Assembly (NCBI GenBank): GCA_002495055.1
Contig: DADR01000042.1
Coordinates: 18,123 to 82,122 of the forward strand
Direction: 5' to 3'
DNA from: Methanoregula sp. UBA247
GTDB lineage: Archaea; Halobacteriota; Methanomicrobia; Methanomicrobiales; Methanospirillaceae
Length of the DNA stretch: 64,000 bases
Shown: piece after piece, positions 18,238 to 29,790 of the stretch
Layout: every line of letters begins with the position of its first letter
Numbering within the stretch: the first letter of the stretch is position 1
Program-made: the position numbers and the translations under genes
Notes under the pieces: model-generated
Database searches by the model: none
Seen by the model: only the letters and a program-made list of their open reading frames with translations
What the model was told of the DNA's origin: nothing

Positions 18238-19269
18238 ATGATCAAGGTTGCCATCAATGGTTACGGCACTATCGGGAAACGTGTTGCTGATGCGGTTGCC
18301 GCTCAGAAGGACATGAAAGTAATCGGCGTATCAAAAACCCGCCCGAACGCTGAAGCATTTGTTGCAAAACAACGAGGTTACCCCCTCTATATTGCGGATC
18401 TGTCAAAAAAGGCAGCATTCGAGACAGCAGGGCTTACCGTTGCCGGATCTGTCGAAGACATGTGCAAAGCTGCAGATGTCATTGTAGATGCCACACCGGG
18501 TGATATAGGAGCAACAAATAAACCACTGTACGAGAAACTCGGAAAAAAGGCGCTCTGGCAGGGTGGTGAAAAGCATGAGATCGCCGGGTTTTCCTTCAAT
18601 TCGTCATGCAATTACAAAGATGCCATTGGGAGGCAGTTTGTTAGAGTGGTTTCCTGTAACACAACCGGACTCTGCCGTATCATTCATGAAATCGATAAGG
18701 AGTACGGTGTTGCGCATGTCCATGCAATTATGGTAAGGCGTGGGTCAGATCCGGGAGAGATTAAAAAAGGACCGATAGATGCTGTTGTCCTTGATCCCGT
18801 AGGTGTCCCCAGTCACCATGGCCCGGATGTCCTGACAGTACTTCCTCACATTTCAATTACCACGATGGCGATGATAGTGCCAACGACCATGATGCACATG
18901 CATGCAATCCAGATGACTACCAAAAAACCGGTCAGCCGGGAGAGAGTAATCGAGCTGATCAAGAATCACCCGCGCCTTGGGCTTATTAAAAAGACACTGG
19001 GCATAAAAAGTACAGCCGAGCTCAAGGAATTTGCCATGGATCTCGGCAGGCAGCGTTCTGACCTGTGGGAAAACTGCATCTTTGAAGAATCCATTTACGC
19101 AAACAAAAACGAGCTCTGCTTTTTCCAGGCAATCCACCAGGAGGCTGATGTAGTTGTCGAAAATATCGATGCAATCCGGGCAATGGCGGGTGTGGAAAAA
19201 GATGCGCATAAATCCATAATGACCACCAACAAAGCGCTCGGATTCAGCCTCATCCAGAATAACCATTAA
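18238..19269 (+). CDS. gap: Glyceraldehyde-3-phosphate dehydrogenase, archaeal type II
   Basis: VAINGYGTIGKRVADAV, VVSCNTTGLCR, PSHHGPDV, HQEADVVVENIDAIRA. Confidence 0.97.
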   Translation: MIKVAINGYGTIGKRVADAVAAQKDMKVIGVSKTRPNAEAFVAKQRGYPLYIADLSKKAAFETAGLTVAGSVEDMCKAADVIVDATPGDIGATNKPLYEKLGKKALWQGGEKHEIAGFSFNSSCNYKDAIGRQFVRVVSCNTTGLCRIIHEIDKEYGVAHVHAIMVRRGSDPGEIKKGPIDAVVLDPVGVPSHHGPDVLTVLPHISITTMAMIVPTTMMHMHAIQMTTKKPVSRERVIELIKNHPRLGLIKKTLGIKSTAELKEFAMDLGRQRSDLWENCIFEESIYANKNELCFFQAIHQEADVVVENIDAIRAMAGVEKDAHKSIMTTNKALGFSLIQNNH

Positions 19270-19294
19270 CACCCATCATAGCCCATTATTTTTA

Positions 19295-20236
19295 ATGGAT
19301 ACATACGAGCGGGTAACCCGAAATACTGTAGAAGTCGTCACTGATGACGATCTCCGCACCCTTCTCGCCCAACCGCAAAAAACGGTCTATGCAGGATATG
19401 AACCCAGCGGGGAGATCCATCTCGGCCATCTTGTGACGATAAACAAACTTGTTGATCTCCAGGCCGCAGGTTTTGAAGTCACCGTATTGCTCGCCGATCT
19501 TCATGCGTTCCTGAACCGGAAGGGAACTATGGAGAAAGTGGGAGACCTGGCAGAATATAATAAACGTTGTTTCGAAGGGCTTGGCCTGAAGAACGTGAAA
19601 TATGTACTCGGATCCGATCTTCAGCTGAACCGGGACTATGAACTGCTCGTGCTCCAGCTATCCCAACAGATTACCTTAAACCGGGCAACACGAAGTATGG
19701 ATGAAGTAGGGAGACAGATGGAACATCCGACGGTTTCACAGATGATTTACCCGATCATGCAGATGGCCGATATTGCCATGCTCGGTGCAGATGCTGCTGT
19801 TGGAGGTATCGATCAGCGGAAGATCCATATGCTTGCCCGTGAACACCTTATCAATTTCGGATACAAAGCTCCGGTCTGTATCCACACGCCGATTCTTAAT
19901 GGGCTTGACGGAAAAAAAATGTCTTCTTCGCAGGGTAATTACATATCGGTTGCTGACACTGAGGAAGATATTATGAAAAAATGCCAGAAGGCGTTTTGTC
20001 CTCCAGAAATTCCGGAGAATCCGGTTCTCCAGATATTCCAGTATCATATCTTTCCCCGTCTCCCGGCAATCACCATTAAAAGACCGGATAAATTCGGGGG
20101 TGACCGGACTTTTTCGGACTATAAGGATCTTGAATTATCCTATAGCAGAGGAGAGGTGCACCCGCTCGATCTCAAGAAATCCTGTGGTATTTCTCTCGTT
20201 GAGATACTCGAGCCGGTGCGGGACTATATAGGATAG
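19295..20236 (+). CDS. tyrS: Tyrosine--tRNA ligase
   Basis: YAGYEPSGEIHLGH, YPIMQMAD, GGIDQRKIH, KMSSS. Confidence 0.96.
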   Translation: MDTYERVTRNTVEVVTDDDLRTLLAQPQKTVYAGYEPSGEIHLGHLVTINKLVDLQAAGFEVTVLLADLHAFLNRKGTMEKVGDLAEYNKRCFEGLGLKNVKYVLGSDLQLNRDYELLVLQLSQQITLNRATRSMDEVGRQMEHPTVSQMIYPIMQMADIAMLGADAAVGGIDQRKIHMLAREHLINFGYKAPVCIHTPILNGLDGKKMSSSQGNYISVADTEEDIMKKCQKAFCPPEIPENPVLQIFQYHIFPRLPAITIKRPDKFGGDRTFSDYKDLELSYSRGEVHPLDLKKSCGISLVEILEPVRDYIG

Positions 20237-20273
20237 ATCAAAAAAATTACCTGATGATTATTGGTGACCTGGT

Positions 20274-21050
20274 GTGAGTATAGAAAAACGCATAGATCAA
20301 TTCGATAAGCGACTTGAAGAGATGGGAGTTCGAATCAAAGATGCTGACCAGTTTAAAGTGTCTGAAGATGTTTTTGATGACGTCACACTTCTTGCACTCT
20401 ACAAGCTGGTCCACAAAAAGTGGCTCTCAGCAATTGGAGGTTCAATAAGCACCGGCAAAGAAGCAAATGTGTTTTACGGTGAACGTGATGGGGCGGGTAT
20501 TGCAATTAAGATCTATCGCATCCGCACCGCGAACTTTACCACGATGAGCTCGTATATCCTTGGCGACCGGAGATTTTCCCGGGTGAAAAAGTCCCGGAAA
20601 GAGCTGGTATTCGCCTGGACGAGAAAGGAGTTTTCCAATCTTGCGCGGGCCCGGGAAGCGGGTATTCCCGTTCCCGAACCTCTCGTATGGGACAGGAACA
20701 TCCTTATTATGTCATATTTGGGGGAGAATGAAATTCCCTACCCTCAACTAAAACATGCCATGATTGATGACCCGGCGGGGATCTATGCAACCATCCTGAA
20801 ATATATTGGTCTTCTCTTCACAAAAGCTGAACTCGTGCATGGGGATCTGAGTGAGTTCAATATATTATACGGTGACCAACTATATTTCATTGATATGGGT
20901 CAGTCGGTTACCCGTGATCACCCCCGTGCCTACCAGTTTCTGATGCGGGATATCCGTAATATCAACAGGTTTTTTAAAAACCGCTGCGATGTGCGTAATG
21001 ATGTTGAAATTTTCAATGCAGTGACCGGACTTGATGCAGCTGAACCATGA
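20274..21050 (+). CDS. rio1: RIO1 serine/threonine kinase
   Basis: STGKEANVF, KEFSNL, LVHGDLSEFNIL, IDMGQSV. Confidence 0.95.
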   Translation: MSIEKRIDQFDKRLEEMGVRIKDADQFKVSEDVFDDVTLLALYKLVHKKWLSAIGGSISTGKEANVFYGERDGAGIAIKIYRIRTANFTTMSSYILGDRRFSRVKKSRKELVFAWTRKEFSNLARAREAGIPVPEPLVWDRNILIMSYLGENEIPYPQLKHAMIDDPAGIYATILKYIGLLFTKAELVHGDLSEFNILYGDQLYFIDMGQSVTRDHPRAYQFLMRDIRNINRFFKNRCDVRNDVEIFNAVTGLDAAEP

Positions 21051-21133
21051 TAACCACCGATCACGTTATGATATATACCAGAAGAGTGCTGTGAAATGTA
21101 CAATTATAACCTATATTTGAGGTTGAGACTGAA

Positions 21134-21679
21134 ATGATGCAAGAAGTTAAAATCGCCGGAAGCAGAGTGGGCGTGCTGATTGGAAAAGGCGGTTCAACAA
21201 AAAAAGAGCTTGAAGAAAAGACCTTCACAACAATTACCGTTGATAGTAAAGAAGGCCTTGTAAAGGTTGAGAGTGCTGAAGAGCACACGATATCACTCCT
21301 GCGGGCAGTGGAGATCATCAACGCCATTAACCGGGGATTCTCACCGGAACGTGCTTTTGAAATGATTGAAGATGAAGATCTTCTTCTCGATGTTATTGAT
21401 CTCTCCGGTATGGCAGAAGGTCCACGGCAGCTCGACAGGCTCAGAGGAAGAATTATTGGAAAAGATGGTCGTGCGCGTGAACAGATAGAGGATATGACAG
21501 ATGTAGAAATTTCTGTCTTTGGAAAGACTATTGCCTTGATCGGTTATCCGGAGCAGCTTAAAACTGCACGCGCTGCTATCGATATGCTGATTGAGGGTGT
21601 GCCCCATGAGAATGTCTTTGCATTTCTCGACAGGAAAAAGAAAGAGGCCAAACAGGATATGATTAGTTATTATTACTAA
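21134..21679 (+). CDS. KH-domain ribosome biogenesis protein (Dim2/Pno1-like)
   Basis: RVGVLIGKGG, RGFSPERA, RGRIIGKDG; follows rio1. Confidence 0.93.
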   Translation: MMQEVKIAGSRVGVLIGKGGSTKKELEEKTFTTITVDSKEGLVKVESAEEHTISLLRAVEIINAINRGFSPERAFEMIEDEDLLLDVIDLSGMAEGPRQLDRLRGRIIGKDGRAREQIEDMTDVEISVFGKTIALIGYPEQLKTARAAIDMLIEGVPHENVFAFLDRKKKEAKQDMISYYY

Positions 21680-21816
21680 TGAGGAGATATTATCAAATTT
21701 TCACATTCAGCTTGCGCAGGATATCTGGTTTCCAAAAAAAACAATCATTGGTATAGTAAAATTTTTAAAAGGGTATTCTTACATCGGATTTGACGGGATT
21801 TGTCAAAAGGGTTAAA

Positions 21817-23982
21817 ATGTTGATTCAGGACCTTGAAATCCCTGGTAATCTCAAGCAGAGGTATGCTCATTCTGGTATTTCAGACCTTTATCCCCCCCAG
21901 GCTGAATGTGTAGAAAAAGGAATCCTCAGGGGGAAAAACACACTCGTTGCCATTCCAACAGCCAGCGGAAAGACACTGATCGCAGAAATGGCTATGCACA
22001 ATGCTATAAAAAACGGTGGGAAATGCCTCTATATCGTTCCTCTCAAAGCACTTGCAAGTGAAAAATTTGAAGAGTTTAGCAATAAAGGAGTAAGAGCTGG
22101 TATTGCGACCGGAGATTTAGACCGTCGCGATGATTTGCTGGGGAGAAATGATATTATAGTCGCTACCAGTGAAAAAGTGGATTCTCTCCTGCGTAACAAT
22201 GCAACATGGATACCGGATATCACTCTTCTGGTTATCGATGAAGTCCACCTGATTGACTCCCTGAGTCGGGGCCCGACACTCGAGATGGTTATTGCAAAAA
22301 TGCGGTTCCGGAATCCTGCGATGCAGGTAATCGGACTCTCTGCGACCATTGGAAATCCTGATAAGCTTGCCGGCTGGCTTGATGCAGAACTTGTGACGAG
22401 TTCGTGGCGCCCGGTTGATCTCAGGCAGGGGGTTTTCTTCAAGGATTGTATCCATTTCCGGAACGGAACACGATCGGTCAACGTGGTATCAAAGAATTAT
22501 GATGATATCAACCTTTGTCTCGATACAATTGCGGAAGGTGGTCAGTGCCTTGTCTTTGTATCCTCACGCCGTAATGCTGAAGCATTTGCAAAACGTGCTG
22601 CTGGTGCAATAAAAAGTGAAGACCCTGCCCTTGCTACGTATGCAGAGAAGATCCAGAAAGGTGCAGAAACTGATATGGGAAAATCACTTGCTGCCTGCGT
22701 GGCGAAGGGTGCCGCTTTTCATCATGCAGGGTTGAGCCGGGCCGAGCGTTCGGTTGTGGAAGAAGGATTCCGAAAGGGTCTGATCAAATGTATCTCTTCT
22801 ACACCTACCCTTGCTGCAGGACTCAATCTTCCCGCACGGCGGGTGATCATACGGGATTACCAACGGTTTACCGCTGGTGAGGGGATGCAGCCAATACCGG
22901 TGAGCGAATACCACCAGATGGCAGGGAGAGCTGGTCGTCCACGGCTCGATCCCTATGGTGAGGCCGTTCTTATTGCAAAAGATCAAGGACAGGTAGAGGA
23001 ACTGTTTGAATGGTATATTGAGGCGCCCCCTGAGGAGGTCCACTCTAAAATCGCTGAACCCACTGCGCTCTATACTCATATTCTATCATTGATTGCGTCA
23101 GGTTTTGCTAAAGACCATAACGAGCTCACCTCATTTATAAACCGGACATTTTACATCCACGAAAACCGACAGGGACGACTCATACAGCGGGCAGTTGATG
23201 CCGCACTCGCATTTCTCGTATCTTCAGATATGGTGGTAGAAATCGGCAACCATCTCGGTTCAACTGAGTTTGGCACCCTTGTTTCAAAACTTTATATCGA
23301 TCCAAGAAGTGCTGCAATGATTGTCGGTGCTCTGCGCGGGAAGGAAATATATACCGATCTGGGTCTCCTCCAGGTAATTTGCAGTACACCGGATATGCCC
23401 AAACTGTATGTCCGGAATTCCGACATTGCTGCACTGACCCGCATGACTGAGAATCGTGGAGAAGATCTCTGGCTCACCCTGTCACAAGATGAAGAGGAGG
23501 CAGAGGCATATTACCGTGCACTAAAAACAGCGATGCTCCTTTCTGACTGGACTGATGAGCTGTCAGACACAAAAATCTGTGAGCGATACTCAGTAGGACC
23601 CGGTGATATCTATGGGATGGTAGAAAGTGTAACCTGGCTGCTTCATGCCAGTGCAGAACTTGCACGAATGTTTGTTCCATCTTTTCATCAAAATGTACGA
23701 GAGTACGAGATCTGCATGAAAAACGGTTCACGCAGAGAACTCTTACCACTTATCCGGTTGCGGGGGATCGGCAGGGTTCGTGCCAGAAGATTGTTTAACA
23801 ACAGGATGACGACTCCCGATGAAATTCTTGCACGGGGAATTGAAGAAGTTACCGTCATACTTGGTCAGGGTGTGGCTGAGCAAATTTTTAATCAGCTTCA
23901 GCGAAAAAAGGGAGCAATGTCGTTGAATGAGGACAGGAAAAATTCTTCACCGGGCCAGTCAACATTCAATCGTTTCCGGTGA
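21817..23982 (+). CDS. hel308: SF2 helicase Hel308/Hjm
   Basis: [34 protein letters not shown]-terminal Hh[12 protein letters not shown]. Confidence 0.95.
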   Translation: MLIQDLEIPGNLKQRYAHSGISDLYPPQAECVEKGILRGKNTLVAIPTASGKTLIAEMAMHNAIKNGGKCLYIVPLKALASEKFEEFSNKGVRAGIATGDLDRRDDLLGRNDIIVATSEKVDSLLRNNATWIPDITLLVIDEVHLIDSLSRGPTLEMVIAKMRFRNPAMQVIGLSATIGNPDKLAGWLDAELVTSSWRPVDLRQGVFFKDCIHFRNGTRSVNVVSKNYDDINLCLDTIAEGGQCLVFVSSRRNAEAFAKRAAGAIKSEDPALATYAEKIQKGAETDMGKSLAACVAKGAAFHHAGLSRAERSVVEEGFRKGLIKCISSTPTLAAGLNLPARRVIIRDYQRFTAGEGMQPIPVSEYHQMAGRAGRPRLDPYGEAVLIAKDQGQVEELFEWYIEAPPEEVHSKIAEPTALYTHILSLIASGFAKDHNELTSFINRTFYIHENRQGRLIQRAVDAALAFLVSSDMVVEIGNHLGSTEFGTLVSKLYIDPRSAAMIVGALRGKEIYTDLGLLQVICSTPDMPKLYVRNSDIAALTRMTENRGEDLWLTLSQDEEEAEAYYRALKTAMLLSDWTDELSDTKICERYSVGPGDIYGMVESVTWLLHASAELARMFVPSFHQNVREYEICMKNGSRRELLPLIRLRGIGRVRARRLFNNRMTTPDEILARGIEEVTVILGQGVAEQIFNQLQRKKGAMSLNEDRKNSSPGQSTFNRFR

Positions 23983-23988
23983 TTTTTT

Positions 23989-24510
23989 ATGGATTCTTCA
24001 GGAGAAGATTACGAAATCCGGCAGGCAATAATGACGGTCAGCGATCGCGATACATGCCTTCGAATGATCAAAGAGATTGCACACTATCATTCAATCCATA
24101 TTGTTTGTTTTGATGCCGAAAAATTAGCCGGACGGGATCATGCAGATGCCGCTATTCGACATGCGCAACGATCAATTTTATCTACAAAACCAATATCCAA
24201 CTCATTTGAAATGGAAGCCCTGTTATTCGCAGCTGGATCCCGCCAGTGTAGTGTGGCTGCTTTATTCGGCATTCATGAAGGTGAAAATAATATGTTTGTC
24301 TGCTCGTACCCGGTGAAAAATGAGGTATGGACGACACTCTCACGCCATATGCATTTTGTAACCGAAACGTGGGATGATCTCACTGATAACAAAATTTCGA
24401 GGTTGCGGTCTTTATTCGGGATAACGCAAGACGAACTTGAAACCGTCGGTCAGGAAAGGATTAAAGATCTCGTACTTGAACGTATAGCTCTCCTCGAAGT
24501 AAACCGGTAA
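23989..24510 (+). CDS. cgi121: KEOPS complex subunit Cgi121
   Basis: NSFEMEALLFAAGSRQC and VLERIALL; downstream of hel308. Confidence 0.9.
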   Translation: MDSSGEDYEIRQAIMTVSDRDTCLRMIKEIAHYHSIHIVCFDAEKLAGRDHADAAIRHAQRSILSTKPISNSFEMEALLFAAGSRQCSVAALFGIHEGENNMFVCSYPVKNEVWTTLSRHMHFVTETWDDLTDNKISRLRSLFGITQDELETVGQERIKDLVLERIALLEVNR

Positions 24511-24668
24511 AAAGTTTATTCTGCCTCCTGAATCCCTGCACTCATTTATTAAAAGAGAGAGGATGCTGATTATTAAGATATTCTGGATATTATTCGTACA
24601 GAATTTCAGTGCGATATAATTGTTAATTTTTCTTATAAGTTTTTTATGAGAGAAAATCCCATTAACAA

Positions 24669-25163
24669 TCATTTATTTGCATGTGATAGGATATGCGCAA
24701 TTTCGGGCACAATAAGGTCTTTTGTTGCAAGAGTGACTGCCGCTGTTGAACCGGGAATGCAAAAAATGACTTTCCCATGACATATCCCGGCGATGGCACG
24801 TGACAGCATTGAAGAAGTACCTATTTCTTTATAACTTATCAGTCTGAATAGTTCTCCAAACCCATCAATTTTTTTATCGAGAAGGGGTACAACAGATTCA
24901 ATTGTACAATCATCATGGGTCAGACCTGTACCACCATTGACTATGATACAGTTTGAATTTTTTAGTGCATGATAAATCTCAGCACGGATTAATTCGATCC
25001 GGTCAAATACAATTGTATAATATATTACCTGGATTCCTGCAGATTTTAAAATTGATTCGATAGTTTTCCCACTCGTGTCATTTTCCTTTGTTCTTGTACT
25101 GGACACGGTAATAATTGCAGCTTTAATGGGTATTGGTACGATATGCTGTTGGTTCATGCTCAA
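24669..25163 (-). CDS. moaB: Molybdenum cofactor biosynthesis protein MoaB/Mog
   Basis: IITVSSTR, DTSG, NGGTGLT..D.TIE, IDGFGELFR, FCIPGS. Confidence 0.92.
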   Translation of the reverse strand: MSMNQQHIVPIPIKAAIITVSSTRTKENDTSGKTIESILKSAGIQVIYYTIVFDRIELIRAEIYHALKNSNCIIVNGGTGLTHDDCTIESVVPLLDKKIDGFGELFRLISYKEIGTSSMLSRAIAGICHGKVIFCIPGSTAAVTLATKDLIVPEIAHILSHANK

Positions 25164-25246
25164 GAAATTGTTTTTTCCCCTTATAAATTACAATATTCAG
25201 ATTTTTTCAAATGTATCACTGAAAATATGTATTCCTGTAAAGGGGA

Positions 25247-25639
25247 CCCCTTTGTTTCGTGTGGAGATAACTTCAGGGAGGGTTCATTCCCGTAAAATAA
25301 TCGATATTTCTTTTTTGTTTACATAAAAAAAATCTGAATTTTTTGATAAAACATTTATATACTTTAAAATCAAAACAAAAATAAGCTCATTTTATTGTTA
25401 TTTTTATTAAAGGGGGGTCATATCTGGTATTTCCACACGAAACAAAGGGGGCTCCCCCATTACGTAAAAACCATAGAGAAAAATTATATTTCTTTAGAAT
25501 AGGATTATTTATGATATCTCAAGGAAATGAATGAATATAATATAATCAATTATTTTATATTCAAATTTGAATGTGTGTTTTTGGGCTTTTTTGGCAAATT
25601 CACTTGAAAATAAAGTCCATTCCACTGGAAACAAAGGGG
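25247..25639. other. Probable replication origin (oriC) with three ORB boxes
   Basis: TCCACACGAAACAAAGGGG at 25247-25265 (minus) and 25432-25450 (plus) flank a very AT-rich tract; TCCACTGGAAACAAAGGGG at 25621-25639; directly upstream of cdc6. Confidence 0.9.
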
Positions 25640-25707
25640 TTTATAAGTAGGACAAACCGATCGTTTTTTAGTCTAATGTAACTAAGTGTCTGTTCCTTAG
25701 TGTCATT

Positions 25708-27000
25708 ATGCCGGAACCTGAAGATCCCTCCACAGGGTTATTTAAAAAATACCTTGCGAATAACAAAATATTTCGCGACCGTGAAGTACTCAGACACTCA
25801 TACAGGCCACAAATACTACCCCATCGCAAGCCTCAGATTGATACTGTTGCATCAATCCTCGCACCATCTCTGAGAAACGAAACCCCTTCAAATATTCTTA
25901 TATATGGCAAAACGGGGACCGGTAAGACAGCCTGCATACGATATGTTGGTTCGGAGCTGGAAAAAGCAAGCAGCAAAATGGGCACCATATGTCGGATTGT
26001 TCATTTAAACTGTGAAGTAATTGACACTCAATACCGTGTCCTTGCCCAGATAGCAAAAAATCTTGACGGTATGGACGAAGTTTCAAGTGATAAGACGAGG
26101 ACACACATCCCCATGACCGGGTGGCCTACGGATCAGGTATATGCCGAGCTAAAAAACCAGCTTGAATCTGGTGGTGGTGTACTGGTTATTGTTCTTGATG
26201 AGATTGACAAGCTGGTAAAAAAGAGCGGTGATGACACCCTCTACAATCTTACCCGAATCAATTCTGATCTTAAAAATTCCAAAGTCAGTATTATTGGTAT
26301 ATCAAATGATCTGAGTTTCAAGGATTTTTTGGATCCACGGGTCCTCTCATCGCTCTCTGAAGAGGAGATTGTATTCCCACCTTACAATGGTCCTCAGCTT
26401 GTCGATATCCTTTCACAAAGGTCTGATGCAGCATTTATGGAGGGTGCCATTGATGAAGGTGTTATCCCTCTCTGTTCAGCCCTTGCAGCACAGGAGCATG
26501 GAGATGCCCGCCGGGCTCTTGACCTTTTGAGAATTTCAGGAGAGCTTGCCGATCGCGACGAATCAGATCAGGTCAAAGAAGAGCACGTTAAGCAGGCTCA
26601 GGCCAAGATCGAGACTGACAGTATGATTGAATGCATAGCAACGCTACCCACCCAGAGTAAACTTATCCTCTTCTCGATGCTCATACTCGAGCAGCTGGGA
26701 CAGAATATATTTACGAGTGGGGAAGTTTCACGTATCTATCAGGATATTGCACCGAAAATTGAACTTGATGTACTCACTCATCGCCGCATTACCGATCTCA
26801 TCTCAGAGTTAAATATGCTCGGTGTAATCAACACACGTGTGGTAAGCCGGGGGCGATATGGCAGAACAAAAGAGATGTGGTTTGACTCAAACACGGGCAA
26901 GATCCGTGAGGTTGTACTCAAGGATTCGCGACTGAACGGGCTAAAAGACCTGGATGTAAAGCAAATGGAAGCAAAATGGTTAAAAACATGGTTCAGGTGA
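25708..27000 (+). CDS. cdc6: Orc1/Cdc6 replication initiator
   Basis: YGKTGTGKT, VLDEID, FPPYN, HGDARRALDLLR, winged-helix GRYGRT. Confidence 0.97.
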   Translation: MPEPEDPSTGLFKKYLANNKIFRDREVLRHSYRPQILPHRKPQIDTVASILAPSLRNETPSNILIYGKTGTGKTACIRYVGSELEKASSKMGTICRIVHLNCEVIDTQYRVLAQIAKNLDGMDEVSSDKTRTHIPMTGWPTDQVYAELKNQLESGGGVLVIVLDEIDKLVKKSGDDTLYNLTRINSDLKNSKVSIIGISNDLSFKDFLDPRVLSSLSEEEIVFPPYNGPQLVDILSQRSDAAFMEGAIDEGVIPLCSALAAQEHGDARRALDLLRISGELADRDESDQVKEEHVKQAQAKIETDSMIECIATLPTQSKLILFSMLILEQLGQNIFTSGEVSRIYQDIAPKIELDVLTHRRITDLISELNMLGVINTRVVSRGRYGRTKEMWFDSNTGKIREVVLKDSRLNGLKDLDVKQMEAKWLKTWFR

Positions 27001-27006
27001 TGGGAT

Positions 27007-27498
27007 ATGCACGAAAAGGATCTCGAACTTCTCCGTATTCTCGAGGATAACAGCCGGCTCTCCGCACAGGAAATCGCGACTATGACCAATCTCACCCCCA
27101 CTGAAGTGGAGGAGCGGGTCCATGCACTCGAGGCAACCGGGGTTATTCGAAAATACACCACGGTCATCAACTGGGAGCTGGCAGGCAATGGCGAGGTCTC
27201 TTCAATTATCGAACTCAAGGTAAGTCCCGAACGTGACTTTGGTTATGACCGGATTGCAGAACGACTTTCCCGGTTCAGGCAGGTAAAAACCCTGCGCCTG
27301 ATGACAGGTACTTACGATCTCCAGCTCCTTGTAACGGGAAAGAATATGCAGGAAGTTTCCCGCTTTGTCTCTGAACATGTAGCACCTATGGATCGGATAC
27401 GCGAGACGGCGACTCACATTATCATGAAGTCGTACAAGGAAAATGGGAACGTGCTCTTTGAACAACAGGAAGCAGAACGGCTCCCGTACTCATTCTAA
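27007..27498 (+). CDS. Lrp/AsnC family transcriptional regulator
   Basis: N-terminal HTH (LEDNSRLS..EIA), MTGTYDL, TATHIIMKSYK. Confidence 0.92.
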   Translation: MHEKDLELLRILEDNSRLSAQEIATMTNLTPTEVEERVHALEATGVIRKYTTVINWELAGNGEVSSIIELKVSPERDFGYDRIAERLSRFRQVKTLRLMTGTYDLQLLVTGKNMQEVSRFVSEHVAPMDRIRETATHIIMKSYKENGNVLFEQQEAERLPYSF

Positions 27499-27501
27499 GG
27501 T

Positions 27502-28665
27502 GTGAGTATGCGGAATTTTGTTTCTCAACGTGCTCAGGAGATCCCGCCGTCAGGAATCAGGAAATTCTTCGATCTTGCTCTCACGATGGAGGATGTCATA
27601 TCGCTGGGTGTTGGCGAACCTGATTTTCGTACTCCCTGGAATATCTGCGAGTCAAGCATTTATTCAATAGAGCAGGGTGTGACATCATATACACCCAACA
27701 AAGGTCTGCCGGTACTCCGCGAAACTCTCTCCACCTATCTGCAGAAACACTACAATCTTCCCTATAACAGTGACAATGAAATTATCATCACAAGCGGTGT
27801 TTCAGAAGCGCTTGATATTGCGATCCGGGCAATTGTGAACCCGGGTGATGAAGTGCTGATTGCGCAGCCAAGTTACGTCTCTTATGCCCCCTGTGTTACC
27901 CTGGCAGGTGGTATTCCGGTTCCTGTTCAATGTACTGAATCCGACAGGTTCAAACTCAACCCGGATGCACTTCAGGAAAAGATCACCGGGAAAACAAAAG
28001 CCCTTATCATCAATTTCCCGAACAATCCAACGGGTGCTGTTATGAACCGGAAAGATCTGGCAGCGATCGCGGATATTATCATTGATAAGGATCTGCTTCT
28101 CATAACAGATGAGGTGTATGCAGAGCTCTCCTACGAGGGAAGCCATGTTGCTGCAGCTACCGTTAGTGATCTCTGGCAGCGGACAATTACACTCAATGGC
28201 TTCTCCAAAGCATATGCGATGACCGGATGGCGTGTCGGGTATCTCTGCGCTCCCAAAGAGCTTTGTGAAGCAGTCCTTAAGATCCACCAGTATGTGATGC
28301 TCTGCGCACCCGTGATGGGGCAGGTTGGAGCGCTTGAAGCAATTCGCTCCGCAGAAGAGGATAAAAACAATATGGTCCAGGAGTACCGCCTGAGACGCAA
28401 TATGTTTGTTGCAGGGTTAAACCGCATTGGTCTTCCGACACATGTTCCTGAGGGGGCATTCTATGCATTTCCCTCGGTAAAAGGCACCGGACTTTCGGAC
28501 ACCGTGTTTGCTGAGCGACTGTTAAAGGAGCAACGGGTTGCTGTGGTACCGGGCAGTGTTTTTGGTGTTGGCGGAGAAAACAATCTGCGCTGTGCATATG
28601 CGGTATCCAGAAAGCAGCTTACCGAAGCACTCGGGCGGATGGAATCGTTCCTCAACAGTCTCTGA
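27502..28665 (+). CDS. Class I/II PLP-dependent aminotransferase
   Basis: ISLGVGEPDF, NFPNNPTG, DEVY, NGFSKAYAMTGWRVG. Confidence 0.93.
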   Translation: MSMRNFVSQRAQEIPPSGIRKFFDLALTMEDVISLGVGEPDFRTPWNICESSIYSIEQGVTSYTPNKGLPVLRETLSTYLQKHYNLPYNSDNEIIITSGVSEALDIAIRAIVNPGDEVLIAQPSYVSYAPCVTLAGGIPVPVQCTESDRFKLNPDALQEKITGKTKALIINFPNNPTGAVMNRKDLAAIADIIIDKDLLLITDEVYAELSYEGSHVAAATVSDLWQRTITLNGFSKAYAMTGWRVGYLCAPKELCEAVLKIHQYVMLCAPVMGQVGALEAIRSAEEDKNNMVQEYRLRRNMFVAGLNRIGLPTHVPEGAFYAFPSVKGTGLSDTVFAERLLKEQRVAVVPGSVFGVGGENNLRCAYAVSRKQLTEALGRMESFLNSL

Positions 28666-28776
28666 TATCTATCGGTCTTAATCCTGCCAGGACCATTTTT
28701 TCATCCTGTTTTGTTAAGGGAACCTGTTCTAAGCATACTTTATTTTGCATCTCGATCAATACTACTTGATATTACA

Positions 28777-29790
28777 ATGAGTTGCACGATCATCGTTGGT
28801 GGATTTTTTGGGGATGAGGGAAAGGGTAAGATTGTTGCCCATATTGCATACAAGGACAAACCCGTTATCATCTCCCGCGGCGGTGTGGGGCCGAATGCCG
28901 GACACACTGTCCAGATTGGCGACCGTGAATATGGTGTCCGCATGGTGCCTTCCGGTTTTGTTTATAAACAAGCCAAACTCTGTATTGGCAGCGGTGTCCT
29001 TGTCGATCCCCGGATCCTGAAACATGAAGTCGAAATGCTCGATGTGAAAGGTAGGATATTTGTTGATAAACGCTGCGGTCTCATTACTGAAGATCACATT
29101 ACAAGGGATAAGGGGAGTGACCATCTCTCAAAGAAGATCGGGAGTACTGGATCGGGATGTGGACCTGCGAATTCTGACCGGGTGATGAGGATTTCTCCTC
29201 AGGCAAAGGATGTACCAGAGCTTGCCGAATATTTACTTGACGTACCGAAAGCGATTGACGATGAGCTCAAACAAGGCAGGATGGTACTGCTTGAAGGGAC
29301 GCAGGGTTTTGGTATCTCTCTCTACTATGGAACGTATCCTTTTGTAACAAGCAAGGACACCTCGGCTTCCCAGATCGCAGCGGATAATGGTGTAGGACCG
29401 ACAAAAATTGACGATGTGATTGTTGTATTCAAGGCATATCCCACACGGGTTGGCGAAGGCCCGTTCAGTACCGAGATGACGTCTGCAAAATCCGATTCAA
29501 TGGGAATCCAGGAGTTTGGAACGGTTACCCACCGGAAGCGACGTATTGGTGGATGGGACGGGGACATGGCCCGTTATTCAGCGATGATAAATGGGTGCAC
29601 CCAGGCTGCGATTACGGGTATTGATCGGGTGGATAAAAGCTGTTTTGGAGTGACGGAGTACGGGAAGCTGACGAAGAAAGCAAAGGACTTTTTAAAGGCT
29701 GCAGAGGACGATATTGGCAGTCCAGTCACCCTCATATCCACCGGACCAGAAATGACTCAGATTATTGATTTGAGGGAAAAACAGACATGA
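28777..29790 (+). CDS. purA: Adenylosuccinate synthetase (short archaeal type)
   Basis: GGFFGDEGKGK, GPNAGHT, EGTQG, YPFVTS, GTVTHRKRR. Confidence 0.97.
   Translation: MSCTIIVGGFFGDEGKGKIVAHIAYKDKPVIISRGGVGPNAGHTVQIGDREYGVRMVPSGFVYKQAKLCIGSGVLVDPRILKHEVEMLDVKGRIFVDKRCGLITEDHITRDKGSDHLSKKIGSTGSGCGPANSDRVMRISPQAKDVPELAEYLLDVPKAIDDELKQGRMVLLEGTQGFGISLYYGTYPFVTSKDTSASQIAADNGVGPTKIDDVIVVFKAYPTRVGEGPFSTEMTSAKSDSMGIQEFGTVTHRKRRIGGWDGDMARYSAMINGCTQAAITGIDRVDKSCFGVTEYGKLTKKAKDFLKAAEDDIGSPVTLISTGPEMTQIIDLREKQT

Noticed and set aside
20274-28665. rio1-KH-hel308-cgi121 and cdc6-Lrp-aminotransferase clusters
   Set aside because: Ordinary conserved archaeal gene neighbourhoods.
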